A DNA stretch of 64,000 bases from Epithemia pelagica (Eukaryota; Protista; Bacillariophyta), in assembly GCA_946965045.2 (NCBI GenBank), contig OX337234.1:1054001-1118000 (forward strand), in the 5' to 3' direction. Positions 44,954 through 57,393 of this stretch are shown here, piece after piece; position 1 is the stretch's first letter; the number at the start of each line of letters is the position of its first letter. Both the position numbers and the translations under genes were made by a program. The notes beneath the pieces were generated by a model. It was not told the DNA's origin, did no database searches, and saw nothing but the letters and a program-made list of their open reading frames with translations.

Positions 44954-45553
44954 ATGGCGCGAGCAGAAGACTCGGCAAATGTTTCACCCGCTTCAGGTGC
45001 TGCACCGGCTAACACGGGAGACGATGAGGACTATCAAAACGCCTCAGCGGAAGACCAGACTGGAACCGACAATCGGGAATCCGACTTTGGATTCCGAACA
45101 CTCGACGAAACGCTTCAGGGTCTTAATGAGAGAAGACAAAGAAGAACAAGCGATGAAAGCAACTCGGATAAGAGTTCAAAGAGCGATGACTACCCGTTAG
45201 ATACAGATACCCGATTCATGGTTGGGGGACTGGCAGTTGAGCTGGTGGAACCAGGTTCAAGGGGATATGGTGTTGCAGATCAAGGACCTCTATATCGGAA
45301 AGAGAACAGGGAGAAAATGTCTTCGGAGAAGAAACAAGATCTCTTCAAGGAAGCCGTGAAGACATCGCAAACGAAATATACTTTCACGAGTATGAGTTTG
45401 ACCGATGAAAAGAAGTTGGATGAGTGTTATAACACTGCCATCATGATTTCCAAGACCAAGGACACGCATATGGTTTACGATATGCATGACGTGTTCACGA
45501 TTGTGTTCCCCAAGTCGAAGGGATCCCGGAGTATTGAGTCTCGTACTGTAGAT
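44954..45553 (+). pseudogene. gag: Gag N-terminal half of a second tandem Copia-3 unit, truncated
   Basis: KLDECYN...YDMHDVFTIVFP gag N-terminal motif; similarity is lost after ESRTVD. Confidence 0.75.
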
Positions 45554-46958
45554 CGCACACACACATGGTGCAATGCACCTCTAGGAGTATCAACACAAGC
45601 TCCTGGCACTTTGTCTATGGGAAAGATAAAAGCATAGTCCACTACTAGTTTAGGCTTCCTGCTTCCTGGGCTTACATACCCCATGATGACGCTGTCAAAC
45701 CTTCGCTTCATCATTGTAGAGGTTGATTGTGGCAGAATTCTCACCAACAACTAGGTGGTGGTGGAATCTACAACTCATCGACTGATGCTAGTATTTTATG
45801 GCATCCGATGACATTTTCGTAAAAGTGAGAAAAGAATGACGGCATGCTCGCAGACCTTTAAATTCGGCCAAGGCATGCTCGCAATGCACGTGTTATGAGC
45901 GACCGATCGGATATTAATTATGGCCCAACACGTGCGCGCCCAATATTCTCAAGCGCGCGCAATCAATATCCGAGTACGCACCTCCACGACTTAGCCCAAC
46001 GGCCTAAGTAACCGAAGCACGAATCACGATCACGCGAGACCATATCTCTATTCCCACAAATCGAAGAATGCAAACGGCAACGCGCCAAGAAAACTACCTA
46101 TATCACAACAAAGCAAGAGCTGTTGGCATTAGTATATGATATACAAGTGCATATACTTCCAATACACAATATCCATGTCTACTCCAACCAGACCAGTCCT
46201 GTCAGCGCCATGAATATATCAGTCATGCACCCTGGCCAGACCTGCACATCAAAACACACACCGTAGTCCTAAAGCTCACAATCTAACAATATCACCATTT
46301 ATCACATCCTCTTTTGTGTCCCGACTATCCTTTTGATAGACTACGACTTGGTTGTATCTCTGACACGTGGAGATACTACTATCGGTTGGTGACCTACCTG
46401 ATTGTCTGCTCTACCAAGCATTATCCCCCATGAGTTTGAAAGAATTCTACTAGATTAACAGTCTCACTGCTTATTTCCCTGCAGTTGCATTTGGAACCTT
46501 ACTTACCCATCAACACCCATTACAGATTGAGATACCCCAACAAACAAGAGTTAGAGGACAAAGCTACCCAACCCAACAACAGGGCCAGCCTGGCTAAGGC
46601 TAGGGTCACCAACCCTCTCCTATTCCAGGACCTCAAGCTGCACCAGGACTCCGTGCAACTACCTTCCCCATACCTGACCAGTGAACCACTTTGTTGAGGA
46701 CCACGAGCAAGACGAGCAAGCTACCACTGTTCCTGACTCCCCGGTTCAACTCGATCACCGCAACGAGTCTGGAAGTGACCAAGAATAAGTATCTTTAAGT
46801 CGTTTTCACACCAAACCAGAGACAAAACTGAGTTCCGCACATCCGGGTTGCCTTTTGGACATCACAACACACATCCGGGTACTTTATACGTGGTACATAC
46901 GTGGTACATCCGGGTTCATATCACACCACACATTAAATAAAACCAATCAAGTACTACC

Positions 46959-47779
46959 ATGGATCCTCAACCACCCAAGACACCTACAACTCCTAAGGGA
47001 GAAGATAACCAAGACAATGTCTCGAACACAGACCTATTCGATCACATCATCTATACTGTCTGTCAATACTTTACCAAAGAGAGAGCTGACTATTTAATGA
47101 AATGGATGAAATACCATGGTTTTGAGAACATACTCATGTTATCTTGTACATGCAAACCAATACTGAGGAATCCATGAACAAACTAACCCAATACAAGGTC
47201 AACAACAAGACGCAAGATCTGCAAGGTCCTACAAGACAACAGATCAAGCTCTTAGTCTATTGGGCCATACACAAGACCAATGAAATTCAAGATGAGCTAT
47301 CCAATAGCGACTGGATGAACCTAACGAGAAATGAGTTCAACATTTGGAGGATCAATACAAATTTCTCCAATGGACAACCTAGCCAAGTCCCAGTCTCGCC
47401 AATGAAGTCGCCGTCATCTGCAAAATCTGTCAGCACAGTTACTACCGCATCCCAATCTCAACAAGACCTAACGGCGTTCAGAAAGGGAACTAAGCGCGAC
47501 GCAACTGCATATGAGGTATTCAAGGATGAACGATACTACGATTCATTCTGGCGTGTATTCAAGACTACAGCTAAGGCACAAGGCCTATCCAACGTTCTGA
47601 GTTTCAAGTACACACCTCCCAAAGATGATGAGTATGCTGAAGAACTATTCCAAGAGCAACAAGTATTTCTTTACTCCGTTCTTGTCCGTATTATCCAGAC
47701 TGACCAAGGTCGAGCCTATGTACGTGAACATGAACATGATGAAGATGCACGTGCTGTATTGAAGAAGTTACATTCATAA
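46959..47779 (+). pseudogene. gag: Copia-4 gag 5' part (frameshift near 47150, in-frame TAA at 47777)
   Basis: FRKGTKRDATAYEVFKDERYYDSFWR gag motif; the frame continues past the TAA into the 47909 ORF. Confidence 0.8.
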
Positions 47780-47908
47780 CATACCGAATCTGATCTCGCA
47801 AAACGAGAAGTCCTACGTTTAACCAACTACATTTCCAATCTACGTCTTGATGACACATGGCGCGGAACAAGACGTCAATTTCTTCTACACTTTCAAGAGC
47901 AGCTACGT

Positions 47909-50900
47909 TTGCTAGACAATCTTGTGACATTGTCTGATCGCATCCCTGATCATACCAGGATGACTTTCCTCATGCAAGCTGTAGAAAAGGTACCTGATCT
48001 CCGCCGAGTCAAGATCTTGGACAATGTGGTGAACACAAAATCCGGTGCAAAATCCCTTTGCTATCAATCATACTTCCGTCTCCTTCTAGACGCAGCTTAT
48101 GACCATGATCAAGCAACCCAGTCATCTGCATATAGTCGCCGTCGACATGTCAAACAACATGATTCACAATACGGCCAAGATACAGATCCTGACTTAACCC
48201 CACAAGATGATATGGAGTATCATGTTCACAACACTAACGTGACATCTGACTCTCCATCCTCTTCATCTAAGGTTAGTCTGCCGCGTGACCTATGGTTCAA
48301 ACTTTCTGAAGAAGATCGCAAGTTGATCATTGGGTACAACAAGATGATTCATGCACCATCATCAACAACGCCAAAGAAAGTGCAGACGCATGCCCTTGAC
48401 ATTGATCCGGAACCTGATCCTGACCCCAGTCAAGAAGCTGTTTCTAAAAATGCTTCACTTGGTGCGACTTCCGAGCATCAAGATGAGTCAGATCCAGTTA
48501 CACAATTCATCAACCAAGCCATGACGACTGACATCAATCATCCAGCGTCTGACTTGACCAGTGTTCTATCCAACGCCAAGTCAAAAACAAGCAAGAAGGT
48601 TAGCCTCAAGGCCAATATGCATAAACAGGAAGGACACATACTGCACTATCTGTCTTCCAGGAAATCTACTCTCCCAGGAAACCAATTGGTTGACCGTGGT
48701 GCTAATGGAGGACTTGCTGGTTCTGACATGCGCATCCTTTCTAAGACTGGTCGTCATATATCCATTATGGGTATCAAAAATCATGAGCTTACTGAGATTC
48801 CTATTGTCACATGTGCCGCTAAGTTTGAAACCAATGATGGACCCATTATTGGCATCTTCAATGAATATGCATTCCACGGAAAAGGACAATCGATCCATGC
48901 TCCTGGACAATTCGAGCACTTTGGACATGCTGTTGATGAACGATCCGTTAAAGTTGATGGAAAACAATGCATCACAACACTTGATGGCCGTGCTATGTCT
49001 CTGCACATCAAAGAGGGACTAGTATACATTCACTCCTTAGGTATCCCCAGTGATGATGACATGGAGACATTACCTCAGATCATCTTCACATCACCTGATA
49101 CATGGGATCCTGGTGTTTTGGATCATTTGCATCCTGCCTCATCACCTGACAGTGCTTCTAACTGGCAACAAGTCAACACTGATGGTAGTATGACGCATTA
49201 TGGGGAGTACACTGATCGTGATGTCTGTAACCTCACTCAACTTTTGGATTTACCTTACGATCATGGACCTGATACACCTTCCTTCTCCTCAGCCCTTATT
49301 GGAGACTCTTGTTCCAAACTGTACCATCAAGATCACAACATGACTGAGAAGCGTTATCCTACCGTTAAGAAGATGCCTTGCGTCATCATAAACGTTTCTG
49401 GTCATCTTACTCTTCAGATCCTCAATGGTCGCCCACCTGATTTTTCCCAACCCCTTTTCTTCCTTCTCTGCGACAAGGTCTTCTCCTGTACCAAATCTTA
49501 TGCACCCTATCTTTGTCCGGATGCCTCTTCAGGGGAGGAGTCACTTCCAAATAAACCCAATGACAAGCAAGCTGACACCGTTTTCATTTGTAGCAAAGGT
49601 GAAGATCCATCCGCACAAATGCCTACGATCAAGAACTGCGACAAAATTTTTGGACAAGCGTTTCCTTACAAACCAGCAGAGGGAAATGGGGAGCAACAAC
49701 AAGCATGTATAATCCAACATGTCAATTTAGAACATGACGCTTTCAAGCAAGAAGCATGTATCAAGAAGTATATTTTCTGCAAACACAATTCCTATATTGA
49801 CAAGAAGGTGATCTCATGCAGTCAACTTGTGGAATACAATGGACAGGACAACCAGGAACAGGCAACTGAAGATGTTGTTTTCCAATTCAGAGATGTTGTC
49901 ATACATGAAGGACCTTTCAGTAGTAACAACAACCCTGACTACAAAGGGAGTCGCTGGAATGTACTTGTTGATTGGGAGACTGGGGAGATGATCTTTGAGC
50001 CTCCAACACCCACCATAACCATTGTCTATGGCAAGAAACATGACGTACTGAATGAACTTGGATGGAAGCATTTCAAGCATTTTGTCAAGATCAGTGAATG
50101 CCTCATTCAAGCTGCTAAACAGCAGTCAAGAATCAAGCAGCTCAGTTTTTTTGTCAAGTACAATTTTGGTTACCCACACGTTTCACAGACACACAAAGAA
50201 GCAATTGTTTTAGACAAGCAAAATGGCAAAAACAAGTGGCAAGACACTACCAATTTTGGACCCTCACAGATTCAATCACTCAAGACATTGAAGGATCATG
50301 ATCAAGTTCAAGTCCATCTTGGGAAAATGTTAGATGCACAAGAAGAGTATCACAACAAGATTCAAGTCTATCTTGTGAAACATGATGATAGATGCAAGGC
50401 ACTTCTTGTCACATGTGAACATTTTACCAAAGAACCAGTTGAGGCAATCTGTCCATGTGCTATTTCCTCTTGCAACTTCCATACTACCATCTACCTTGGG
50501 CCTCTCAATGATATGGATATATGGAGAGCATACATTGGAAATGCATGCAACCTAAAAGCTTTAGCTGGGGAGAAGACCTTGATAGTCGCAAGACAAGAAC
50601 TCAAGGAATTATGTCACACCTTGGTTACCTACTACAAGACCTCAAATGGATTCGATTCTTCAGGAGCACATCAACATGACTGTTTATTTGATGTCTTTCT
50701 TGACGTGGATTTGTCACCAAGTAAAGCAATTCCCAATGTTTGGATGAAGAAAGCACCCGGGGAGGAGAGCTCTGAAGGTATCTGCAACAACTTTACACTC
50801 AAGAATGTTGGATTTATTATCAACTGCCTTGGACGTTTTTATACACCAATCCAGAAGATGTTCTCGGCAAACATTGGAAATTCTCCACATGATAGACGAT

Positions 50901-51082
50901 GTCCAAGACCTTCTTCTTCCTCTGGATTGGAAACAATCACAAGAACAACAAAGGAAAATAACAATCCTCACTTGACGAATTGTGGGGAGTGGCAGAATTC
51001 TCACCAACAACTAGGTGGTGGTGGAATCTACAACTCATCGACTGATGCTAGTATTTTATGGCATCCGATGACATTTTCGTAA
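47909..51082 (+). pseudogene. pol: Copia-4 gag 3', protease and heavily decayed pol
   Basis: LVDRGANGGLAGSD protease and YKGSRWNVLVDWETGE motif are present. The integrase core, YxDD and RNaseH are missing; RT relics such as KHDDRCKALLV remain. Confidence 0.8.
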
Positions 51083-52100
51083 AAGTGAGAAAAGAATGAC
51101 GGCATGCTCGCAGACCTTTAAATTCGGCCAAGGCATGCTCGCAATGCACGTGTTATGAGCGACCGATCGGATATTAATTATGGCCCAACACGTGCGCGCC
51201 CAATATTCTCAAGCGCGCGCAATCAATATCCGAGTACGCACCTCCACGACTTAGCCCAACGGCCTAAGTAACCGAAGCACGAATCACGATCACGCGAGAC
51301 CATATCTCTATTCCCACAAATCGAAGAATGCAAACGGCAACGCGCCAAGAAAACTACCTATATCACAACAAAGCAAGAGCTGTTGGCATTGGTATATGAT
51401 ATACAAGTGCATATACTTCCAATACACAATATCCATGTCTACTCCAACCAGACCAGTCCTGTCAGCGCCATGAATATATCAGTCATGCACCCTGGCCAGA
51501 CCTGCACATCAAAACACACACCGTAGTCCTAAAGCTCACAATCTAACAATATCACCATTTATCACATCCTCTTTTGTGTCCCGACTATCCTTTTGATAGA
51601 CTACGACTTGGTTGTATCTCTGACACGTGGAGATACTACTATCGGTTGGTGACCTACCTGATTGTCTGCTCTACCGAGCATTATCCCCCATGAGTTTGAA
51701 AGAATTCTACTAGATTGTTTATTGCAGTGGTTGATTGTCATGTTTCATGTTGTCATCCTTCCTTTGATGTATTCCGCCTTCACTTGTGATCTAGGTGGAT
51801 GGTTTTGGCCATAAAGTTGTCACTGTGGTCGTTCGTACGGCTGGATGGTTTTCTTTTGGTTTTTGGTGTGCTCATGGTCGTCTTTTGTGGTGTTGCTCGA
51901 AAAGTGAGACGATTCCTGGCCCTTGTGCTAGCAATACAAGGCGTGACCGGCGCGTCTATTTCGAACGATCGAAGGGAGGCTGGCGATATCACCCGGCTGG
52001 CGCTTTGGGAAAAAATACGAGACAATTTTTTTCCTTTCGGATGACGGACGAACAAAGGTACCCCCCAATCGCACCCTTTTAATTCAATACAAATACACTA

Positions 52101-52438
52101 CCGGTAATTACACAGTCCAAGCACCATGCGTTGAATCTTTCCGCTCAAATTTGTATAGGACCAATGTGTAGTGCTTAACGCATATACAGTTAAGTCTTAA
52201 AGCCGAAATGCCACATGTTTGAAACTGTAACTTTAGAAGTACTTTGAGTTAGCTAGTCTTATGATTATCATTTGAATCTACTTCAAAAGAGGATTCGATC
52301 CCACCCGGGCTCATCAAAATCCGACTTATAGTTCTCATTTTATGGACGGATGAAACTCTTTGGGGGCATGCTCGTTTTACGGGTAAATCGTCCGTTTTTT
52401 GCACCATTCCAATGGTGCTTGGACTGTGTAATTACCGG
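52101..52438. mobile_element. MITE, Tc1/mariner-like, 338 bp
   Basis: Perfect 27-bp TIRs CCGGTAATTACACAGTCCAAGCACCAT, TA on both sides, and an empty site with a single TA at 15185-15186. Confidence 0.9.
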
Positions 52439-52669
52439 TACAGACGCTGAGAAGTCTTCCGGAAAGATACCTAAAAAAGATACCCTCACTTTTGTTCCAC
52501 CGGCTTTGGAAAGCAAAGATCTGTCATTTGAACCCTTTCATGAAAAAAAACAAATACAGTCCTTTCAAACAGACACTCAATGATGCATGTGGACCCCCTA
52601 TGTCAAGAGAATGCGGGTTGATGCCCCTTAGAATGCCGCTCTCAGAGTTGAGATTCCCTCTCAATGAGC

Positions 52670-52915
52670 CGATTTTCCGGCCTTTGCCGCACAATGGGCT
52701 CGCCGTGTTCGGGTAAAACCAGTCAATGCTTCATCCTATCTTTCCCTGGTCCGAAATGTTTCTGCGGAAGATTACGGTAGGCAACTTCCAGTGGGAGCAC
52801 AATGGATTTTTCCAGCCGATTTGGTCATTGTTGTAAGCGTGCAAGATTCATTCTTCGATGCAGATACGGGCCAGCTTGATCCAGTATCTGTCAGCAGCAG
52901 CAACGTTCGAGCTGG
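52670..52915 (+). pseudogene. Leishmanolysin gene fragment (copy B)
   Basis: RVKPVNASSY and ADLVIVVSVQDSFFDADTGQLDPV align to about 6900-7130. Confidence 0.85.
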
Positions 52916-53185
52916 TTTCATTCGAACGACCTGCCGTTGGAGGCATAGGCCAATATCATCCCCAGCACTTTTTGCTTCCCATCAATTTCATTCCACACAT
53001 ACAAATCGGTCCGAAAAATACTTTCACGCGAAGAAAAATGACTACAAGACTCAATGTTGTGAAATCAAGAATCCTCTATTTTGCTTTTTCATTTTGATAT
53101 GCATACGGCAATAGCCTCTACTACAGTACATACCCTTGTCATTCGTTTCCCGTTTCTCTTGAGCCACACTTCTACCCGCAAGAAG

Positions 53186-54388
53186 TCACTCACTTTTGCC
53201 GCTTGTTCGGAAACGACGTCGTTCAGAGAGTTTGGTATTCAGCCAGAACTTTTTGATTTGGTCCACGGACCTTCTTGGCAAAAATGTGGATATAAGATTC
53301 CAGCGGTTTCCAAATCTTTGTCGTTTCTCCAAAATAATCAGCTTCTCCTGAATGGTGAGAGGCGTTTTGAGGAGATTGGGGTCAATCACGTTCTCAAAGT
53401 GATCTCGAATCTCGATACAAGTTCGACCTGGAAGTTGGGCTTGTATGACAGAGTACTTGATGTTCTTTTTGCGGTACTCACGAATAATTTCTTCTTCCTC
53501 TACCGTCCATGGCAATTGATGGTGCTGAACCTTTTTGTCGAGGGTACCGAGGAATGTACTCTTGATACCCATGTCACTCGGAGTGACGTTATCTTTAGCA
53601 TTGCCGACAATGGACGAATCATGGACGAAAGTGGGTGTCTCCCATCGAGCAGACGCGTCATGATCACGCTTGAGGGTGCCTTCTTGAGACAGTTCTTCCC
53701 AGGTATCAGGGTGGGGTTCCCGGGATTCTGGTTGTGGAAGTCTCTTGCCCTTTAGAGTTGTGGCCATCCGGGACTTAAATAGAAGGCGCTTGCCCTTGAT
53801 GGGTGTAACGCATCTAATATGTTTCGGATGAATGGGCTTCTTGGTTTTTCGGGAAGTCTCGGGCGTTGGAAAGGAAAATAAGCGATCGTCCTTGTATGTC
53901 TCATTCATGGTTTGTGATTCCCAAGCGTCGTCGAAATTCTGAGCACTCAAATCGGCGTGTGATTCCCACGATTCATCGAGATCAGCAGCATTCGAATCCT
54001 CTTCTGATTCCCAAGAGTCGTCGAAATCTTGACTAATCGAGTCATCTTCTTGAACAGATGAATCATTGTCGTTATTGGCTGCTGTGGGAAACGGTGACTT
54101 TTTGATTGGAAAGGACACAAAGTTTTTGGGCAGATGTCGGGGATTCGGGGGAAACCGCATGTCATTATCGGTGAAATCGAACATGTCCACCAATTCGTTG
54201 GTCTTGAGCTCAGCATCGGATTGCTCAGAGACTATTTGTTGTGCAGCCAGGAGAATGCTCTCGTCATCCCACGAGGAAACTTTGTGGGTCTTGAGGGGAT
54301 TTCCTTCATTTTCAGCCGATGATGATGAGCCCACAAAGCGAGGCTTGGTCGGTGTAATGGTGGGAAGTGGAACAGTGCGTGAAGTCAT
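53186..54388 (-). CDS. Myb-domain protein, 400 aa (copy B)
   Basis: Two C-terminal Myb repeats; paralog of 16132-17334. Confidence 0.88.
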   Translation of the reverse strand: MTSRTVPLPTITPTKPRFVGSSSSAENEGNPLKTHKVSSWDDESILLAAQQIVSEQSDAELKTNELVDMFDFTDNDMRFPPNPRHLPKNFVSFPIKKSPFPTAANNDNDSSVQEDDSISQDFDDSWESEEDSNAADLDESWESHADLSAQNFDDAWESQTMNETYKDDRLFSFPTPETSRKTKKPIHPKHIRCVTPIKGKRLLFKSRMATTLKGKRLPQPESREPHPDTWEELSQEGTLKRDHDASARWETPTFVHDSSIVGNAKDNVTPSDMGIKSTFLGTLDKKVQHHQLPWTVEEEEIIREYRKKNIKYSVIQAQLPGRTCIEIRDHFENVIDPNLLKTPLTIQEKLIILEKRQRFGNRWNLISTFLPRRSVDQIKKFWLNTKLSERRRFRTSGKSE

Positions 54389-55294
54389 TGCGATTTAATT
54401 GATTGGCAGGAGTTTGGATGCACACGATTGCCTGGTCAAAGTGATGTTTGATTTGGGTAGGAGCAAATTTTATGAGAACAAGATGAATGTTTGTGCCAAG
54501 ATGGACAAGGCAAAAGAGATTTGCAAACCGCAACGCAACGAAGGTTTACGATTGACTCCGAAGAGACTGGTTTTGCATCTTGTGCGGCGCCAAGTGTACG
54601 TGGAACTGTCGGTATATGTTCTACGGGAATGCTTGTGTCGCGCGCTGCTCGATCCCCAGTATGAGTTCCGCGATATTCGGACGAGATCGGAGATTGGTTT
54701 TGCATGGATGAAACGGCGGATGGGTGGTTCGAGAAACGGTCCATCATCTCTCTTGGCGGCAGTCGTCCCCAAAAGCATGCATGGATCATTCCTTCCACTC
54801 CAAATCGCACTGGGAGCGGCCTTCGAATCGGCACAACGCGAAATCAGGATCACATGGAAGGAATGGATGGCCGCATAAGAGTTGTTCATGCACAGTCCAT
54901 GAACATGAACAAGATCATATCCGTAGACTAGGTCCTTTTGCCACATGAGATTCCTGCCTTCAAAATGTGACCGAATGAATCGTGAATCGTGACTGTGTGG
55001 AATTCATTATTATTTAAGCCTCTATAAATTAAATATCCGTACTCCGTACTCGTAAAACTAACCCTTCGAACTTCGAATACCTCGAAGTTCTTCTGCCCAA
55101 GTGGCACACAATGACACCCAAAGACAACACACTGCCGCCGCTGGATAGGGAGACGAGGCATGAAGTCAGAACAACCATGACGCTACAATGTGGAATCAGG
55201 TCACGATTCCGCACAACTTGAGCCCCGGCATCGTGAGAAGGCAACTACAAGTCTCAGTCAGGGCCTCCTGTAGCTACCTTCACAGGTCTCAGTC

Positions 55295-57112
55295 TTACGA
55301 ACGTCGCAATGCTTTGGTGACTCGCTCCGGATCGTCAAAGAATCTGACCGGGTTGTCGATGCATCCCAGTTCCTCATGATCAAAGAAATCTTTGACCGTT
55401 TCGACCGAATTACAATCCACAGCTACCGTCAATCCTTCATAACCCTCTTCGTCAACCTCTTCCGGCCGTCGGAATGACAAATGAACATCATCCGGGACAA
55501 CAAAGGCGATCTTGACCGACACACAATCTGATTGGAGCTTAAACGTCTGTAACAGAGGTCGGAGGAACTTGGTCCTAAACGTTCGAGGGTTGAAGGTGTG
55601 CTCAGCGGAAATAGTATACTGAAAGCACCAAACTGTTACGTTGTCATTGGGATCCTTGGTAAGAAGGGCTGCATCGATGTTTGCGGAATTGGGTACACTT
55701 GGAATCCAGTAAACCAGAAAGTCGGAGAGTTGATTAACTCCCTCTACACCGGTCCCCTTGCTCTGGAGAATGCCAGATATAGGGCTTGGACGTTTGTAGA
55801 AAAGCTGATGGACAAGCTCCTCAAAGTGGCATCCCGCTGCACTTGCCAGCCCTTTCTCTTTAGATTCCATATAGGCATTGTAGTAATTTTCCAGGCCGAC
55901 CCGGTCCCGCAAGAGACGTGCGACAAACTGTGAGTCCACAACCTGATAAGCAGATCCAAAGAAGGTTTCGCTGGATGCCACATCAGGGATTCGGAACATG
56001 GTTCGAACACGATCGGGGCTTTTTCTATCCCCACTTCCTTTTGTGTCAACAATACTTAGCATTGCCTGATTCTTGGATATCGCATTCACCGTCGCCGTCT
56101 TCTGGGCCTTCCATTTGCGTGGGTTCTGAGCGTACTTTAACGCCTCCCGGATCCGGCCACCAGTATGATAGAAAATATCCTCAAAAACTTCATCGGGAGA
56201 ATAGCTAGAAGCAGATTTGTCGCCGTCATCGCCATCTGCATCGGCTTCTTCAAGACCTTCCATTTCATCATCACATTTCGTTGTTGCTGCTGCTGGGGCC
56301 GATGACGCCGCTCTTGCAACCCCATCGACTGCTGGCGCCGCTGCTGCAACGTCGTCGATGCCAGATGGTTTATGGTTGTCTAGAATATCCGAAGTCAACT
56401 CGAGCGCTTTTTGCAGGTCCGTCTTTTCCCAGCCACTTAGAACGACGAGAGTTGAAAATGTCGCACTTTCTCCTTGAGGTACGTCATGTCCACCGCTTGT
56501 CGCTAGGTAATGGTGTGGTAGGTACAGATCTTGGTCGCCTTCGTGTAGACCATCAATGAACAAGAGAACATTGTTAGACATAACGTGAACCTGGGCATCC
56601 GAACGGTTGATCGCCATATGCTTCTGTAGAACGTCCGCCAGCACATCGTCGACTCCCAAGTTTCCTTGCAATATTCGACTGTAGCGAATCGTAATCTCCT
56701 TATTCTCTTTGTCGCTGTTGACCTTCTTCCTCATAAAAAACACGCTCGTGAACTCTCCAACAGCCCTCGTCTTGCGAATGAAGCAGACAGGCTTCTCCTC
56801 GTACAGGGCACGGTACAGTGCCACCAAAAATATTAATACGCTTTTTCCAACACCAGGTGAACCGATAACAATCTGACTCATTTCTCGACCACTCTTGGTG
56901 AGTTCCTGGAACACTTCACACATTTCTTTTCGAATGTAGATCGAATTTTTGGGGAAAAAATGCTCCTTCATCTTAGTAGGAGGGGCGAGGGGTGAAAAAA
57001 AAGTTTCGGTCTCGATACACTCCCCCTCCACTAGGCCTGCTGCACCCAAGCCTATGTCTGCGCAATTAAGCGTTGCTGTTTCATACTGGATTGACGACAA
57101 CGACGACGACAT
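55295..57112 (-). CDS. Crinkler/RHS-type NTPase-REase protein (copy B)
   Basis: GSPGVGKS, LLFIDG, YWIPSVPNSANIDAA...CFQYT. Confidence 0.75.
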   Translation of the reverse strand: MSSSLSSIQYETATLNCADIGLGAAGLVEGECIETETFFSPLAPPTKMKEHFFPKNSIYIRKEMCEVFQELTKSGREMSQIVIGSPGVGKSVLIFLVALYRALYEEKPVCFIRKTRAVGEFTSVFFMRKKVNSDKENKEITIRYSRILQGNLGVDDVLADVLQKHMAINRSDAQVHVMSNNVLLFIDGLHEGDQDLYLPHHYLATSGGHDVPQGESATFSTLVVLSGWEKTDLQKALELTSDILDNHKPSGIDDVAAAAPAVDGVARAASSAPAAATTKCDDEMEGLEEADADGDDGDKSASSYSPDEVFEDIFYHTGGRIREALKYAQNPRKWKAQKTATVNAISKNQAMLSIVDTKGSGDRKSPDRVRTMFRIPDVASSETFFGSAYQVVDSQFVARLLRDRVGLENYYNAYMESKEKGLASAAGCHFEELVHQLFYKRPSPISGILQSKGTGVEGVNQLSDFLVYWIPSVPNSANIDAALLTKDPNDNVTVWCFQYTISAEHTFNPRTFRTKFLRPLLQTFKLQSDCVSVKIAFVVPDDVHLSFRRPEEVDEEGYEGLTVAVDCNSVETVKDFFDHEELGCIDNPVRFFDDPERVTKALRRS

Positions 57113-57393
57113 GCTGGTAAAATCGTGAGACCTCGTTCAAGATTGCCTCTTTGTCTTCTGTTGATGCCTTCGTTTGTTGTTGTTTGTGTTAGCGGAATGG
57201 TGAGTCCTGGTTGATCGTGATTCACAGGGGCGATTGGCCCACTAGTCTCTAGTAGTCTCTGAGTCCCCTTTACCACTCTAGCTACCTAGGTACTCCCTCT
57301 GGAAACCCTTTGTTGCACCAATTGGTTTTTGGTTATTTTAGTCGCATTAAAAATTCACGTATACTTCAGTGCAAACCTACAGGGGGACGGCTA

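Larger units (their letters stand above)
45730..51712 (+). mobile_element. Ty1/copia element Copia-4, non-autonomous, complete LTR pair
   Basis: 723-bp LTRs at 45730-46452 and 50990-51712 with two substitutions seen, 5-bp TSD GATTG (45725-45729, 51713-51717), PPT GTGGGGAG. Confidence 0.95.
52439..57175. repeat. Segmental duplication copy B
   Basis: Collinear with 15185-20110. Confidence 0.95.
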
